Origin: an uncultured delta proteobacterium
GTDB lineage: Bacteria > Myxococcota_A > Polyangia > Polyangiales > Polyangiaceae
DNA length: 64,000 nucleotides
Reading direction: 5' to 3'
Assembly (NCBI GenBank): GCA_963850305.1
Contig: CAWKKR010000008.1
Coordinates: 1,408,001 to 1,472,000 of the forward strand
Made by a program: the position numbers and the translations under genes. Positions 50,637 to 62,015 of the stretch are shown here, one piece after another. The notes under the pieces were generated by a model. That model ran no database searches. It saw nothing but the letters and a program-made list of their open reading frames with translations, and was not told the DNA's origin. Position 1 is the stretch's first letter. The number at the start of each line of letters is the position of its first letter.

Positions 50637-51800
50637 CTACGGGACCGTGAACGTCACGATACCGTCGACGTGGAGCTCGGGATGCGTGAACGTGCGGTTG
50701 TCGTCGGCGATGTCGCCGTGGCACGCGCTGCACCTCGGATTGAGATCGACGTACGGGTGCGGAGCCGGCGGGGGCAGGGCATGGCACGTGCCGCAGGCGT
50801 CCTGCGAGCCGTCCACGACGTTCCAGGCGGGCGTCGTGTTCGTGCCTCCGGAGGGGTTTCCGTCCTTGAACGCGGCGCCATGGCATTCGGTGTTGCGACA
50901 ACTGCCGTTGTCGTAAACCGGGGTTCCGCTGCCCGATGCGGCGGCGCCGGAGAAGAGGACGGACGGGGGAAGACCCGTATCGATGTGCCCGGGCTCGAGC
51001 ACGGTTGCGGGCACATGGTGACATTCGGCGCACGGGACTGCTCGCGCGGTGGCGTTGCCTGAAAGGTGCGCTTGATGCGCGCCGGCTCCGGGTTGGCCGG
51101 GCACCGGCGCCGGATTGGTTCCTTGACCGTGGCATGTGGTGCAACTCGTCGGAACGTCGACATCGACGACGCCGTTCACGTGGAGCAAAGGATCGATGAT
51201 GGTGCGGTCGTCGCTTCCGACGACCATGCCGTGGCAGAGCGAGCAATCGGTCAACTGGGGGTGCGGCGTCGGAGGTGGCAATCCGTGGCACGTGCCACAC
51301 GTCTCCGCCGACGTTCGCGGTGCGGTCCAGACCGGGTTGGCGTCGTGGTGGCAGTACGTGTCTCGACAGGTGTGCGCGACGGGATCGTAGTTCGGCGTGA
51401 GCCCGTTCTCTTTCGCGAGCGCGCCGAAGACGAGGGTTGCCGGTGGCGCGTGATCGATGTGCCCGGGCGAGTCCGTCCGTTCCGGCACGACGTGACACTC
51501 GTCACAGGCGACCGGTCCGTGCGTCGAGGACGCGTCCAGGTGGATCGAATGCGCCCCGACGCCAGGGTCGTGGGGATCGCTCGAGCCCAGCAAATCGATC
51601 GGCGGCGCCGCGCGGCGGAGCGCGGTGCCGGAGCGCCGTGCGTCGCCGTGACAGGAGGTGCACTCGGTCGATGCGTCTCCCTGTCCGAGCTCCTGGGGAC
51701 GCTCGAGGCAGCCCACGGGCACGGTGCCGAGCGCGGCAGCGACGCTGACGGCGAGGCCGAGCCCCGCCCAGCGTCGGACCCCATCACTCGTGTCACTCAT
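50637..51800 (-). CDS. decaheme lipoprotein cytochrome with CxxxxCH/CxxCH (Geobacter-type) domains
   Basis: PVGC lipobox; 8 CxxCH + CRDTYCH + CRNTECH; internally duplicated. Confidence 0.88.
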   Translation of the reverse strand: MSDTSDGVRRWAGLGLAVSVAAALGTVPVGCLERPQELGQGDASTECTSCHGDARRSGTALRRAAPPIDLLGSSDPHDPGVGAHSIHLDASSTHGPVACDECHVVPERTDSPGHIDHAPPATLVFGALAKENGLTPNYDPVAHTCRDTYCHHDANPVWTAPRTSAETCGTCHGLPPPTPHPQLTDCSLCHGMVVGSDDRTIIDPLLHVNGVVDVDVPTSCTTCHGQGTNPAPVPGQPGAGAHQAHLSGNATARAVPCAECHHVPATVLEPGHIDTGLPPSVLFSGAAASGSGTPVYDNGSCRNTECHGAAFKDGNPSGGTNTTPAWNVVDGSQDACGTCHALPPPAPHPYVDLNPRCSACHGDIADDNRTFTHPELHVDGIVTFTVP

Positions 51801-52845
51801 GGCAATACCGGCACATGCCCTCGCTGGTACTCTGGCTGCTGCGGAAGCCGGGCGGGTGTGGATTCCCGCCGTAGGCACCGACCTTGTGACACGTGATGCA
51901 GTTCGTCGCGGGGCCTTGGTCGTGGCAGCTCGCGCAGAGCGCGATGTCACGCCGAGCCGCGACGCCGTGAAAGTTGGGCGAGCTCGTGTCGGTGCCGATC
52001 CAGCCGACGGGATGAGGGTTGACGCCGTTGATCGCGTTACCGCTCACGCCTCGCTCGACGTGGCACGCATCGCACGTGGCCGGCTCGTGACAGCTCAGAC
52101 ACCGCGCCGGATCGGCCTGCGCTTCCATCGGGTGGCGCACCAGGAAGTCTCCGCGGTGCACGAAGTCGCTCTCGATCTTCTCCGGGCGCCGCTGTTCCAC
52201 GGTGAGATCCTGCGCGGTGTCGTGGCAGCTGTCGCAGTCCGCCTGAGCGTGACACGAGCGGCAGAGTTGTTTCTCCTCCGCCGCCGCTTGCCCATGGTTG
52301 CGAATGAAATCCCCCTCGTGCCTGAGAAACGTGCGGGGCATCAGACGAACGAGATCTCGTTGTGCGTGACACGGCTGACACCTGCCGCGATCCCACTCTG
52401 CCTGGTGCTCGTGGCATGTCAGGCACTTCTTCATCGGCGGGATGTCGGGAGCGTCCTTCTCGACGACGCCCGCGTGACACGGGACGCACTGCCCGCCGAT
52501 CCCCCCGAGCGCGAGGTGCCGATCGTGATCGAACGCGATCTCGCCGTCGGGTCGCTCGAGCGGGGCGGCGATCACGCGCCGCATTTCGTCCTCGTGACTG
52601 TGATGACAACGATCGCACAGCGCGGCCCTGGGCAGCTCGTCTGCTGGACCGGCGCCACTCGAAGTGTGGCAGTCGGTGCAATTCAAGCATTGGGGTTCCC
52701 CTAGGTGGCCACATGCGAGCCCAGTCAGGTGGAGTCGATGAGGAAACCGCGGTGGGATTCGCTCGCTGCACGCGGCGACCACGGCGGCCACACATAGCAC
52801 GACCGCGAGCACGCTGCCGAGACGCGAGGCGCTCCGATCCGTCAT
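51793..52845 (-). CDS. dodecaheme cytochrome c (c3/c7-like N-terminus)
   Basis: VAAC signal, FPHRLH, FDHDRH, 12 CxxCH motifs. Confidence 0.88.
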   Translation of the reverse strand: MTDRSASRLGSVLAVVLCVAAVVAACSERIPPRFPHRLHLTGLACGHLGEPQCLNCTDCHTSSGAGPADELPRAALCDRCHHSHEDEMRRVIAAPLERPDGEIAFDHDRHLALGGIGGQCVPCHAGVVEKDAPDIPPMKKCLTCHEHQAEWDRGRCQPCHAQRDLVRLMPRTFLRHEGDFIRNHGQAAAEEKQLCRSCHAQADCDSCHDTAQDLTVEQRRPEKIESDFVHRGDFLVRHPMEAQADPARCLSCHEPATCDACHVERGVSGNAINGVNPHPVGWIGTDTSSPNFHGVAARRDIALCASCHDQGPATNCITCHKVGAYGGNPHPPGFRSSQSTSEGMCRYCHE

Positions 52846-54281
52846 CGCGCGACGCCTCGAGAACGATCCAGCTCGCACACGACTCGAATCTCCGTCTCGG
52901 CGTCCAGGCGGGCATAGGGGGAATTCGCGAGCGATGCGCCAATCAGGAGATTCAGGGACTTTCGCGCCTGCCAGCTGAGGGTTCCGGCGTACACGCTGGA
53001 CGTGCGCACATTCCGGATCGGCGCGTCGTAGAAGTACCCGTAAGCCTCGAGCGTGCCCGTCACGGCCTCTTCGAAGCGGCGCGCGAGAGAGAGCCGAACG
53101 GCGTGGTATCCGTTGTCGGGCGCGACCAGTCGCGTGTACTCCACGCGAACCGTCGTGCGCCCCGCCGGATCCGGGAGTGCTCGGACGGCGACCGTTCCTC
53201 GCGCTCCGGGTCTGCCGCGGTCGTAGACGTCGAAGAACCCGGACGACTCGAGCCGTAGAGATGGGAGTGCCCGCAGCGTCGCGTATCCGCCGGCCTCGTC
53301 GTAACTGTCCGTGCTGAACACCGACAGCACCGACTGTCGGGAGAGGAGAAGCGCAGGCGCCGCGTGCAGGTAATCCACTGTCACGTCGAGCTTCTCGACG
53401 GGCGTGGCGTTGGCCGAGAGCCGGGCGTCCGCCAGACGCCGCTCGTCGACATCGAGGAGCGCGTTCCCTGCGACGACAACGGTGTCGGGCAAGTTCAGGC
53501 GCGCGTCGGCCCCGAGATCGGCCCTCGCGATCAGCCCGTCGACACGCTCTTCATGGAAAGAGAGACCCGCTCGAGCCCACCCGTTTCCGTAACCCACGCG
53601 ACTCCCGGCGAGCCACGTGCTCGACCTCGGCGGTGCCTGCATTGCAGTCGGGTCCTTGAGTGAGGTATCGGCGGCGGCGCCGAGCAGATAGTAACCCGGG
53701 CGCTCGTCCCATCTCGGCAGGACCGTGTAGCCGCCATATCCTTCCACGTCGAAACCAGCACCGAGATCGATCCGGACGTCGCCGCCGTCGAAGCGCGCGT
53801 AGCGAGCTGCTCCGCCGGCGACGTGCTGCCGCCCGAGTCGCACCGACACACGGCCTTGCCGGAGGAGGATGTTCGCGGTCTGGATGTCGCCATCGAGAGC
53901 GTGCTCGGGCGACGGATTGCCGAGCGTCGCCTCGCCCCATGCGGCAAGCTCGACGTCCACGCCGTCCTTGTTCCATGGCGTGTCGAGATCGTGGACGTTC
54001 AGGAAGACGTACTCTTGAACGGGAAGGAGGGTGCGTGTGTAGACGAGCGCTCCGTTCGGCCCCGGCAGGAGCGCGCGCCGAAAGAGCTCCGCATAGGTTT
54101 CGCTGCGCGCGTAGAGCTCGAACTGATCGCCGGTGCCCGCGGTCCTGTCAGGGTCCGCCGTAGCAACCGAAGGCCATAGCGTGATGAGCCCTAAAAGGAC
54201 GCTCGAAGCGATGCGCCCGTCCGAGGGTCGCAGGAAACGAGGCTGCGCGCGACCGCCGTCCCCGCCGGACGGCAACCTCAA
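52842..54281 (-). CDS. putative outer-membrane beta-barrel of a porin-cytochrome complex
   Basis: Signal peptide (VATA-D), VRLGRQ...FDG, alternating amphipathic strands; stop overlaps the dodecaheme ATG; start uncertain. Confidence 0.75.
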   Translation of the reverse strand: MRLPSGGDGGRAQPRFLRPSDGRIASSVLLGLITLWPSVATADPDRTAGTGDQFELYARSETYAELFRRALLPGPNGALVYTRTLLPVQEYVFLNVHDLDTPWNKDGVDVELAAWGEATLGNPSPEHALDGDIQTANILLRQGRVSVRLGRQHVAGGAARYARFDGGDVRIDLGAGFDVEGYGGYTVLPRWDERPGYYLLGAAADTSLKDPTAMQAPPRSSTWLAGSRVGYGNGWARAGLSFHEERVDGLIARADLGADARLNLPDTVVVAGNALLDVDERRLADARLSANATPVEKLDVTVDYLHAAPALLLSRQSVLSVFSTDSYDEAGGYATLRALPSLRLESSGFFDVYDRGRPGARGTVAVRALPDPAGRTTVRVEYTRLVAPDNGYHAVRLSLARRFEEAVTGTLEAYGYFYDAPIRNVRTSSVYAGTLSWQARKSLNLLIGASLANSPYARLDAETEIRVVCELDRSRGVAR

Positions 54282-54658
54282 GGGGCCGCCCCGAGAAGGG
54301 CATGTGCACGGTTCGCCCCGTTGTCATCCACGACGAAGATGCTGTTCGATGCACCGTCTACACCTGGGGGCATGGTCCGCGGGCGCCAGGTTAGCCGCTC
54401 TCGGGAGGCACACAAGGCGCACTCGCGAAACTCCGTGAGATTCCGCGAGACCAGCTACGTGTCCGAGTCTCCGAATCCCCACCTCGCGATCAAGGCTCCG
54501 TATGCACGCCCTGCAGCGCCGTGCAGGAGTTGCAGGTGGATGCTCGAGATTCCGCACTTATTCGTCGGACAGTCCGGTTTCTCGCGCGGCTGCCGCTACT
54601 CGAATTCCGGCGGTGGCGAACCGGGCGGCGCGCGTCCCGCGCATCGGAATTCTCGCGT

Positions 54659-54674
54659 TGGCACATGGGGTGCA
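54659..54674 (+). promoter_or_regulatory. putative sigma54 promoter (usp-ackA)
   Basis: TGGCACATGGGGTGCA, GG-N10-GC. Confidence 0.65.
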
Positions 54675-54723
54675 CAGATAAGGCTCGCGAATTCAGTGAC
54701 TCATGGAAAGGAAGGATGCTGCG

Positions 54724-55353
54724 ATGTCCGAGGCAACAGCGAGCGAGAAACCGTACCAGATCGTCATTGGATTCGATTTCTCGGATCTCTCGGAGCGTGC
54801 CGTCGAGGAGGCTCTCGAGATCGCTCGACGGTGGGCACCGGCAGAGCTGCACGTCGTCACCGTCGCGCGGCCCGAAGGGCTCCTCGTCCGTCTGCCCGGC
54901 GAAGCGGACCCGATCACGGAAGACCTGGCGCGAGAGACGGTACGTCTGCGTATCGCGCAAGTCGTCGACGAGTATCAGGCGCACGTAGGACGGCTGGGCA
55001 TCGATCGCCTGGCGATCTACGTACTCGCGGGATTGCCCCTCGGGGATCCAGGAAAGCTCATCACCGACGTTGCTCGCGCCGTCGACGCCAACCTGATCGT
55101 GGTCGGCACGCACGGCCGCAGGGGGATCTCCCGGGTCGTGCTCGGATCGGTGGCTCAGCACGTCGTCCGAGAAGCGAGCACGAGCGTCTACGTGGTCCGT
55201 CCCGCGGATTTTGTCGGAGGCACACGAGTGCCGGCGATAGAACCCCCCCTCGCGCCCGGTGAACCCCATCTAAGGCAGTTCGAGCATCACCGAACCTACC
55301 ATTACGTCGACAAGGTGGCGCCCCGGACGAATCGCATCACGCCGGCGTCGTGA
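54724..55353 (+). CDS. universal stress protein
   Basis: IVIGFDFS, LIVVGTHGRRG, LGSVAQHVV. Confidence 0.92.
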   Translation: MSEATASEKPYQIVIGFDFSDLSERAVEEALEIARRWAPAELHVVTVARPEGLLVRLPGEADPITEDLARETVRLRIAQVVDEYQAHVGRLGIDRLAIYVLAGLPLGDPGKLITDVARAVDANLIVVGTHGRRGISRVVLGSVAQHVVREASTSVYVVRPADFVGGTRVPAIEPPLAPGEPHLRQFEHHRTYHYVDKVAPRTNRITPAS

Positions 55354-55454
55354 ACCCGGCGCTCCGAACGCTGCGAGGCTTGACCTCTCGACATGGCCGG
55401 TGAGATTCAACGGACCGGTTCCGTCACGCGGGGTCGCGCCCGAAAGGCTCGTGA

Positions 55455-56606
55455 ATGTCGCCGCCCAAAACGAACATTCTTTGCGTCAACGCTGGTTCAT
55501 CGTCGCTCAAGTACTCGCTGTTTGCGTTCGATGGCGTCAGTCCTCGACGGGTCGCAGGAGGCGATGTCAATCGGATTGGAACGACAGGTTCGACCGCGCC
55601 GGACTACTCGGCGGCCATCGAGACGGCTTTCTCGTCCTTTTCGACGAACGCGAACGGGTCCGAGGGCGGCGAATCACCGAGCGCCGTGGGACATCGAATC
55701 GTCCATGGCGGGCCACGTCTGTCGGCGCCATGTGTCATCGACGAGGCCGTACTCGCCGAGCTGGTGGAGCTGGTGCCACTTTCTCCACTACACCTGCCGC
55801 CAGCCATTGAGGCGATTCGAGCGACCCGCGCGCGTCTGCCAGGCGTTCCTCAGGTTGCCTGCTTCGACACTGCGTTTCACGGATCCATCCCGGAAGTGGC
55901 CCGCCGCCTTCCGCTGCCCGACCGCTTCGACCACGAGGGTATTCGTAGGTATGGGTTTCACGGGCTCTCGTACGAGTATGTCATGTCCGTTCTCGGTACC
56001 GAGGCGCCCTCTCGAATCGTCATCGCGCACCTGGGGAACGGCGCCAGCCTCGTCGCGGTGAAGGACGGTCGAGCCATCGACACCACGATGAGCTTCACGC
56101 CTACGGGCGGTATTCCCATGGGCACTCGCTCCGGCGATCTCGACCCAGGGGTGCTCCTCTACCTGCTGCGAGAACGCGGCTATACGGAGCGAACTCTCAC
56201 GGAGCTCGTCGAGCACGACGCCGGCCTCGTGGCGATCGGCGGCGCGTCTGACGTCCGGACACTGATGTCGCGGATGACCGTCGATGCGCACGCGAGGCTG
56301 GCTCTCGACGTGTTTGCCTACTCCATAAAAAAGACGATCGGTGCGTATGTCGCGGCTCTCGGCGGCATCGATCTCCTCGTGTTCACCGGCGGCATCGGAG
56401 AACACGCCGCGCCCATACGGGCCGAAGCGTGCCGTGGACTCGAAGGCCTGGGAATCGAGCTCGATCAGACGAAGAATGCTGCCGGGGACCCGAGGCCGAG
56501 TTCCGTTCATAGCCGATGTGTCGTGCGCGTGGTGCGCACGGACGAAGAGCTCGTCATTGCGAGGCACACGCGTGACGTTCTGTTGTCGTTGCGGCGTCCA
56601 TCCTAG
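55455..56606 (+). CDS. ackA: acetate kinase
   Basis: NAGSSSLK, GHRIVHGG, FDTAFH, YGFHGLSY, HLGNGAS, FTGGIGE. Confidence 0.96.
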   Translation: MSPPKTNILCVNAGSSSLKYSLFAFDGVSPRRVAGGDVNRIGTTGSTAPDYSAAIETAFSSFSTNANGSEGGESPSAVGHRIVHGGPRLSAPCVIDEAVLAELVELVPLSPLHLPPAIEAIRATRARLPGVPQVACFDTAFHGSIPEVARRLPLPDRFDHEGIRRYGFHGLSYEYVMSVLGTEAPSRIVIAHLGNGASLVAVKDGRAIDTTMSFTPTGGIPMGTRSGDLDPGVLLYLLRERGYTERTLTELVEHDAGLVAIGGASDVRTLMSRMTVDAHARLALDVFAYSIKKTIGAYVAALGGIDLLVFTGGIGEHAAPIRAEACRGLEGLGIELDQTKNAAGDPRPSSVHSRCVVRVVRTDEELVIARHTRDVLLSLRRPS

Positions 56607-56714
56607 AAATCCGTCGATGCATTTTTGGCGCGTGAGGTGCAGCACCTGCGTCGAGATCGGGCCACCAGGTCCAGCGACTCTCGGCTGCAGCGGCGCCCGC
56701 GAAGGAGCCGTTGT

Positions 56715-56730
56715 TGGTACGAGCGTTGCT
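56715..56730 (+). promoter_or_regulatory. putative sigma54 promoter (pat)
   Basis: TGGTACGAGCGTTGCT, GG-N10-GC. Confidence 0.65.
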
Positions 56731-56751
56731 TCGAGCTACATACACGACCGC

Positions 56752-59555
56752 ATGGCTCACCCCGATGATTCCGTGGATGCCGACCATTGCGCCGATGTTC
56801 CTTCCTGCAGCGACGAGGTGATCCTGAAGGATGGAGGGTCGGTTCTGATTCGCACCTTGACCGGGTCGGATCAGTACCGCATCCACGCTTTCTTCGAACG
56901 CCTGAGCCCGCGGTCCAGCCGGTATCGTTTCTTCGGCGCCCACCGACTACCCCCGATGGACGAGATCGTGCGTCTGACGAGTCCCGACCCTGGCCGATCG
57001 GCAGGGCTTGCCGCGCTCACCGAGGTCGATGGCGAAGAGCGGATCGTCGGCATCGCCGAATTTGCTGCGAAAAAAGGGAGCACCGATTCGCCGCGGCGCG
57101 CGGAGTTCGCGGTGGCCGTCGCGGACAATCACCAGGACCGTGGAATCGGCACCCTTCTCCTCGAGCGCACCGCGGCGCTGGCGCAGCGAGTGGGCATCGA
57201 CGAACTCGAAGCTCTCGTCCTCGGTGACGACGATCGAATGCTCGATGTTTTCGAGCGAAGCGGGTTCGAGCTCCAGAGGTCGGGTGATCGTGAGGGGAAA
57301 GTCGTGTTTCCGACGGCGCGCACCGAAGAATTCCTCGCCGCGAGCCTGGAGCGCGAGCGTATTGCCGCTCGCGAAAGCGTCCGCGTTTTCTTCGAGCCGC
57401 GGTCCGTCGCCGTCGTCGGCGTGTCTCGGCGCGCGGGGTCCATCGGACGTTCGATCCTCGAGAACCTGGTCAAGAGCGGATTTCGGGTCCCACCTTCGCC
57501 GTCAACCGGTACCTCACCGAGGAGGTCTTCGGACGCCCGACCTTCCCGTCGTTGACGGCAATTCGCCAGAGCGTCGATCTGGTCATCGTTGCAGTCCCGG
57601 CCGACCGCGTCGAAGCCGTTGTCGCCGAATGCGCGCAGGTGCACGCGCGCGGTGTCGTGATCGTGTCGTCCGGGTTCGGCGAGGCGTCTTCCGAGGGCCG
57701 CGCCCGCGAAGTTCGGATCAAGCACATGGTGCGAAACGCCGGAATGCGCCTCGTGGGGCCCAACTGCATGGGCGTGCTCAATGCCTCACCGGACGTGCGA
57801 TTGAACGCGACCTTCGCGCCAGTATGGCCGCCCGCGGGAAACGTGTCGATGTTGTCGCAGAGCGGCGCGCTCGGCATCGCGATGCTCGATCACGCTGCAC
57901 AATTGAACGTCGGGATCTCGGGTTTCGTCTCGGTGGGCAACCGAGCGGATGTCTCCGTCAACGATCTGCTCGCGTACTGGGCCGATGACCCGAAGACAAA
58001 GGTCATGGTGCTGTACCTCGAGAGCCTCGGTAACGCCCGCAAGTTCGCTCGACTGGCTCCCGAGGTAGCGCGAAGGAAACCCATCGTGGCGGTCAAGTCC
58101 GGTCGATCCGCAGCGGGAACGCGAGCGGCTGCCAGCCATTCGGCGGCCCTCGCGAGCCTCGACGTCGGCATTGACGCCCTCTTCGAACAGGCTGGCGTCA
58201 TCCGCACCAACACGCTCGAGGATCTCTTCGACGTCGTGGCGCTGCTTTCGACCCAGCCCCTCCCGAAAGGTCCGCGCATCGGTGTCGTCACCAACGCGGG
58301 TGGGCCTGGCATTCTGCTCGCCGACGCCTGTGAAGCTCGCGGGCTGACACTCCCCGCGCTCTCCGAGGCGACGGTCCGCGGGCTTCGAAAAATCCTGCCA
58401 CCCCAAGCCGGCTTCTCGAACCCCGTCGATATGATCTCCTCCGCGACGCCGGAGCAATACGAGCAGGCGATGGACCTCGTCGGTCGGGACGCCGCCGTGG
58501 ACGCCGTCGTCGCGATCTACATTCCGCTGCTCGTGACGAAACCGGACGACATCGCCTGCGCGATCGCCCGTGGCGCTGCCCGCGTGCCGGCCGAAAAACC
58601 CGTGACGACGGTGTTCATGTCGGCGAAGGGAACTCCTGCCGCCCTGGCCGAGGGTGCGCGCGGCCCGATCCCCTCTTATAGCTTTCCGGAAAATGCGGCA
58701 CTGGCGCTCTCCGCCGCATGGAATCACGCCCGGTTCGAGCAAAGAGGTCGCGGCAAGGTCACGACGCTACCGAAGGACCGACGGCGAACCATCCGCACGA
58801 TCGTCGACACCGCCATCCGCGGTGCCCGCGGAATGGAAGGCTGGTTGTCTCCGGCCGACGTCACGCGGCTCCTGGAATTGGCCGGTATCCCGTACGCCGC
58901 CACGACCGAGGTGGTCGCTGAACCGGACGCTGCGGCGAAAGCAAGTGAATCGGTCGGCTACCCCGTGGTGCTGAAGGCAGTGGCCACCGGCTTGGTCCAC
59001 AAGAGCGACGCCGGTGGTGTCGCGATGGGGCTCGCCTCTCCCGAAGCCGTCCGGCTCGCGGCCAATCACATGAAGCAGCGAGTCGAAAAAGCTGGCTTCC
59101 TGCTGCAGCGATTCCTCCTCCAGCGCGAGGTCCCCGAAGGATTCGAAGCGCTGGTCGGCGTGACCACGGATCGTGAACTGGGCCCCATTCTCGTCGCCGG
59201 CCTCGGTGGGGTGCAAGTCGAGTTGCTGGGAGACGTAGTGTTTCGACTGCCTCCGGTCTCGGATCTCGACGCTCGCGATATGCTCGACCATCTGAGGGCA
59301 CGGCGCCTGTTCGACGGCTTCCGCGGCGCCCCCGCGGGGGACCGGATGGCACTGGCGGAGGTGATCTGCAAAGTCTCCGCGCTCGTCGACATCGCCCCGG
59401 AGATCGCCGAGCTCGATCTGAACCCCATCAAGGTGCTGCCGTCCGGCCAAGGCGTCGTGGTGGTGGACGCACGGCTTCGCGTGCGCCCTGCTCGAGCCGA
59501 CTACGTGGGTTCCGCGCCGCCTTGTCGGAACATGGACTCGGCGCTGTCGCGGTGA
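56752..59555 (+). CDS. GNAT + NDP-forming acyl-CoA ligase fusion (Pat/YfiQ-type), one frameshift ~57487
   Basis: N-terminal GNAT (AEFAVAV...QDRGIG), EPRSVAVVG, shift to GPTFAVN..., GPNCMG, SQSGA, HKSDAGGV, DLNP. Confidence 0.88.
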
Positions 59556-59654
59556 AACCCACGCGGGTGCACCCGTTGCTGCTTGGCACAATCGGTACAA
59601 TGCTCGCTCACCAACCAAGCGTCGCGTCAATCGGCGTGCCACCCAGGAACGAAG

Positions 59655-62015
59655 ATGTCAGAGCCGATCTCGAGCGATCTCCTGCGGAAGATGGACGCGT
59701 ATTTCCGCGCCGCGAACTACCTGTCGGTAGGTCAGATCTATCTGCTAGCCAATCCGTTGCTTCGCGAGCCCCTCGGCTTGAAGCACGTGAAGCCGCGGCT
59801 CCTGGGCCATTGGGGGACGACGCCGGGGTTGAACTTCGTCTACGTCCACATGAACCGGGTCATCGCCCTGCGCGAACTGGACGTGATCTACGTGACTGGT
59901 CCCGGGCACGGCGGGCCGGCGATCGTCGCGAATGCGTATCTCGAGGGGACGTACAGCGAGGTTTACCCGAACATCTCCCGAGACGAAGATGGCCTCGGAC
60001 GGCTCTTCAAGCAGTTTTCCTTCCCCGGCGGGATCCCGAGTCACGTTGCTCCCGAGACGCCCGGGAGCATCCACGAGGGCGGCGAGCTTGGCTACTCGCT
60101 ATCGCATGCGTTCGGAGCCGTGTTCGACAACCCGGGCCTTCTTGCTTGCTGCGTCGTCGGCGACGGAGAAGCAGAGACGGGTGCGCTCGCGACGAGCTGG
60201 CACTCGAACAAGTTCCTCAATCCAGCGACGGACGGCGCCGTTCTTCCAATTCTCCATCTGAACGGGTACAAGATCGCCGGGCCCACGGTGCTCGCGCGGA
60301 TCCCGCGCGAAGAGCTCGAAGCGCTCCTCCGGGGCTATGGCTGGGCACCGCGCTTCGTCGAGGGGGACGAGCCCGAAGCCATGCACCGGAAGATGGCCGC
60401 TGCGCTCGACGAGACGCTCGACGACATCCGCCGCATTCAGGAGGACGCGCGCGTTCGCGGCGTCACCGAGCGACCGCGCTGGCCGATGCTCGTCCTCGTG
60501 ACGCCGAAGGGATGGACGGGACCCAAGGAAGTAGACGGGGTCCCGGTCGAGGGGACCTTCCGCGCGCATCAGGTTCCGCTGTCCGAGCTCGCCACCAAGC
60601 CCGGCCACCTTCGAATCCTCGAAGACTGGATGAAGAGTTATCGCCCTGATGAGCTCTTCGACGCGCAGGGCACCCTCATTCCCGAGCTGGCGGAGTTGCC
60701 TCCGAAGGGGACGCGCCGGATGAGCGCGAATCCGCACGCCAACGGTGGCGCCCTGAGAGTCCCACTTCGGATGCCCGAGTTTCGAAGCTACGCCGTCGTA
60801 GTACCGGAGCCGGGCGTCACCTACGCGGAGGCGACCCGCGAGCAGGGCAAGTTCATCCGCGACATCCTCGTGCTCAATCGCGAAGCGCGCAATTTCCGGA
60901 TATTCAGCCCCGACGAAACGGCCTCGAACCGGTGGAACCACGTCTTCGAGGTCACGAATCGCGCTTTGGTCGGCGAGGTCCTCCCCGCGGATGATCACGT
61001 CGCGCGCGACGGTCGCGTGATGGAGGTCTTGAGTGAACACCAGTGTGAGGGATGGCTCGAGGGGTACCTCCTCACGGGACGTCACGGCTTCTTCTCTTGC
61101 TACGAAGCGTTCATCCACATCATCGACTCGATGTTCAACCAGCACGCGAAATGGTTGAAGGTGACGCGCGAGATCCCATGGCGACGGCCGATTGCGTCGC
61201 TCAACATCCTCCTTTCGTCGCACGTCTGGCGGCAGGACCACAACGGATTCAGTCACCAGGATCCCGGCTTCATCGACCACGTCGTGAACAAGAAGGCCGA
61301 GGTCGTGCGTGTGTACCTTCCACCGGACGCGAACACGCTCTTGTCCGTCACGGACCACTGCCTGCGCAGCGTGAACTACGTGAACGTGATCGTCGCGGGG
61401 AAGCAGCCCTCCCTCCAGTGGCTCACGATGGACCAGGCCATCAAGCACACGACCGAAGGTATCGGCATCTGGGAGTGGGCGAGCAATGACGACGCGGGCG
61501 ATCCCGATGTGGTCATGGCCTGCGCCGGCGACGTGCCGACCCTCGAGACGCTTGCGGCAGTGAGCATTCTGAGAAAGCACGCCCCGGAGCTCAAGATCCG
61601 TGTCGTGAACGTCGTCGACCTCATGCGGCTCGTGCCCACGAGCGAACACCCGCACGGCCTGGGGGACGCCGACTTCGATGTTCTCTTCACGACGGACCGA
61701 CCCATCATCTTCGCATTCCATGGCTATCCGTGGCTGGTCCACCGGCTCACTTACCGGCGCACCAACCACAAGAACCTGCACGTCCGCGGTTACAAGGAAG
61801 AGGGAACCACCACGACGCCGTTCGACATGGTCGTCAGAAACGACCTCGATCGCTTCCACCTCGTTCAGGACGTGATCGATCGAGTTCCGAAGCTCGGGCC
61901 GCGCGCCGCGCATCTGCGGCAGCGGATGGCTGACCAGCTCGTCGAGCATCGACAGTACGTTTCCGAATACGGCGATGACATGCCGGAGATTCGCGACTGG
62001 CGATGGCTTCGGTGA
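59655..62015 (+). CDS. xfp: phosphoketolase
   Basis: [51 protein letters not shown]. Confidence 0.97.
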   Translation: MSEPISSDLLRKMDAYFRAANYLSVGQIYLLANPLLREPLGLKHVKPRLLGHWGTTPGLNFVYVHMNRVIALRELDVIYVTGPGHGGPAIVANAYLEGTYSEVYPNISRDEDGLGRLFKQFSFPGGIPSHVAPETPGSIHEGGELGYSLSHAFGAVFDNPGLLACCVVGDGEAETGALATSWHSNKFLNPATDGAVLPILHLNGYKIAGPTVLARIPREELEALLRGYGWAPRFVEGDEPEAMHRKMAAALDETLDDIRRIQEDARVRGVTERPRWPMLVLVTPKGWTGPKEVDGVPVEGTFRAHQVPLSELATKPGHLRILEDWMKSYRPDELFDAQGTLIPELAELPPKGTRRMSANPHANGGALRVPLRMPEFRSYAVVVPEPGVTYAEATREQGKFIRDILVLNREARNFRIFSPDETASNRWNHVFEVTNRALVGEVLPADDHVARDGRVMEVLSEHQCEGWLEGYLLTGRHGFFSCYEAFIHIIDSMFNQHAKWLKVTREIPWRRPIASLNILLSSHVWRQDHNGFSHQDPGFIDHVVNKKAEVVRVYLPPDANTLLSVTDHCLRSVNYVNVIVAGKQPSLQWLTMDQAIKHTTEGIGIWEWASNDDAGDPDVVMACAGDVPTLETLAAVSILRKHAPELKIRVVNVVDLMRLVPTSEHPHGLGDADFDVLFTTDRPIIFAFHGYPWLVHRLTYRRTNHKNLHVRGYKEEGTTTTPFDMVVRNDLDRFHLVQDVIDRVPKLGPRAAHLRQRMADQLVEHRQYVSEYGDDMPEIRDWRWLR

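Noticed and set aside
57480..57495. Programmed frameshift in pat (also considered for the ADC gene)
   Set aside because: No slippery heptamer; short G/C runs typical of sequencing indels
59584..59599. sigma54 promoter for xfp (TGGCACAATCGGTACA)
   Set aside because: Good -24 but no GC at -12
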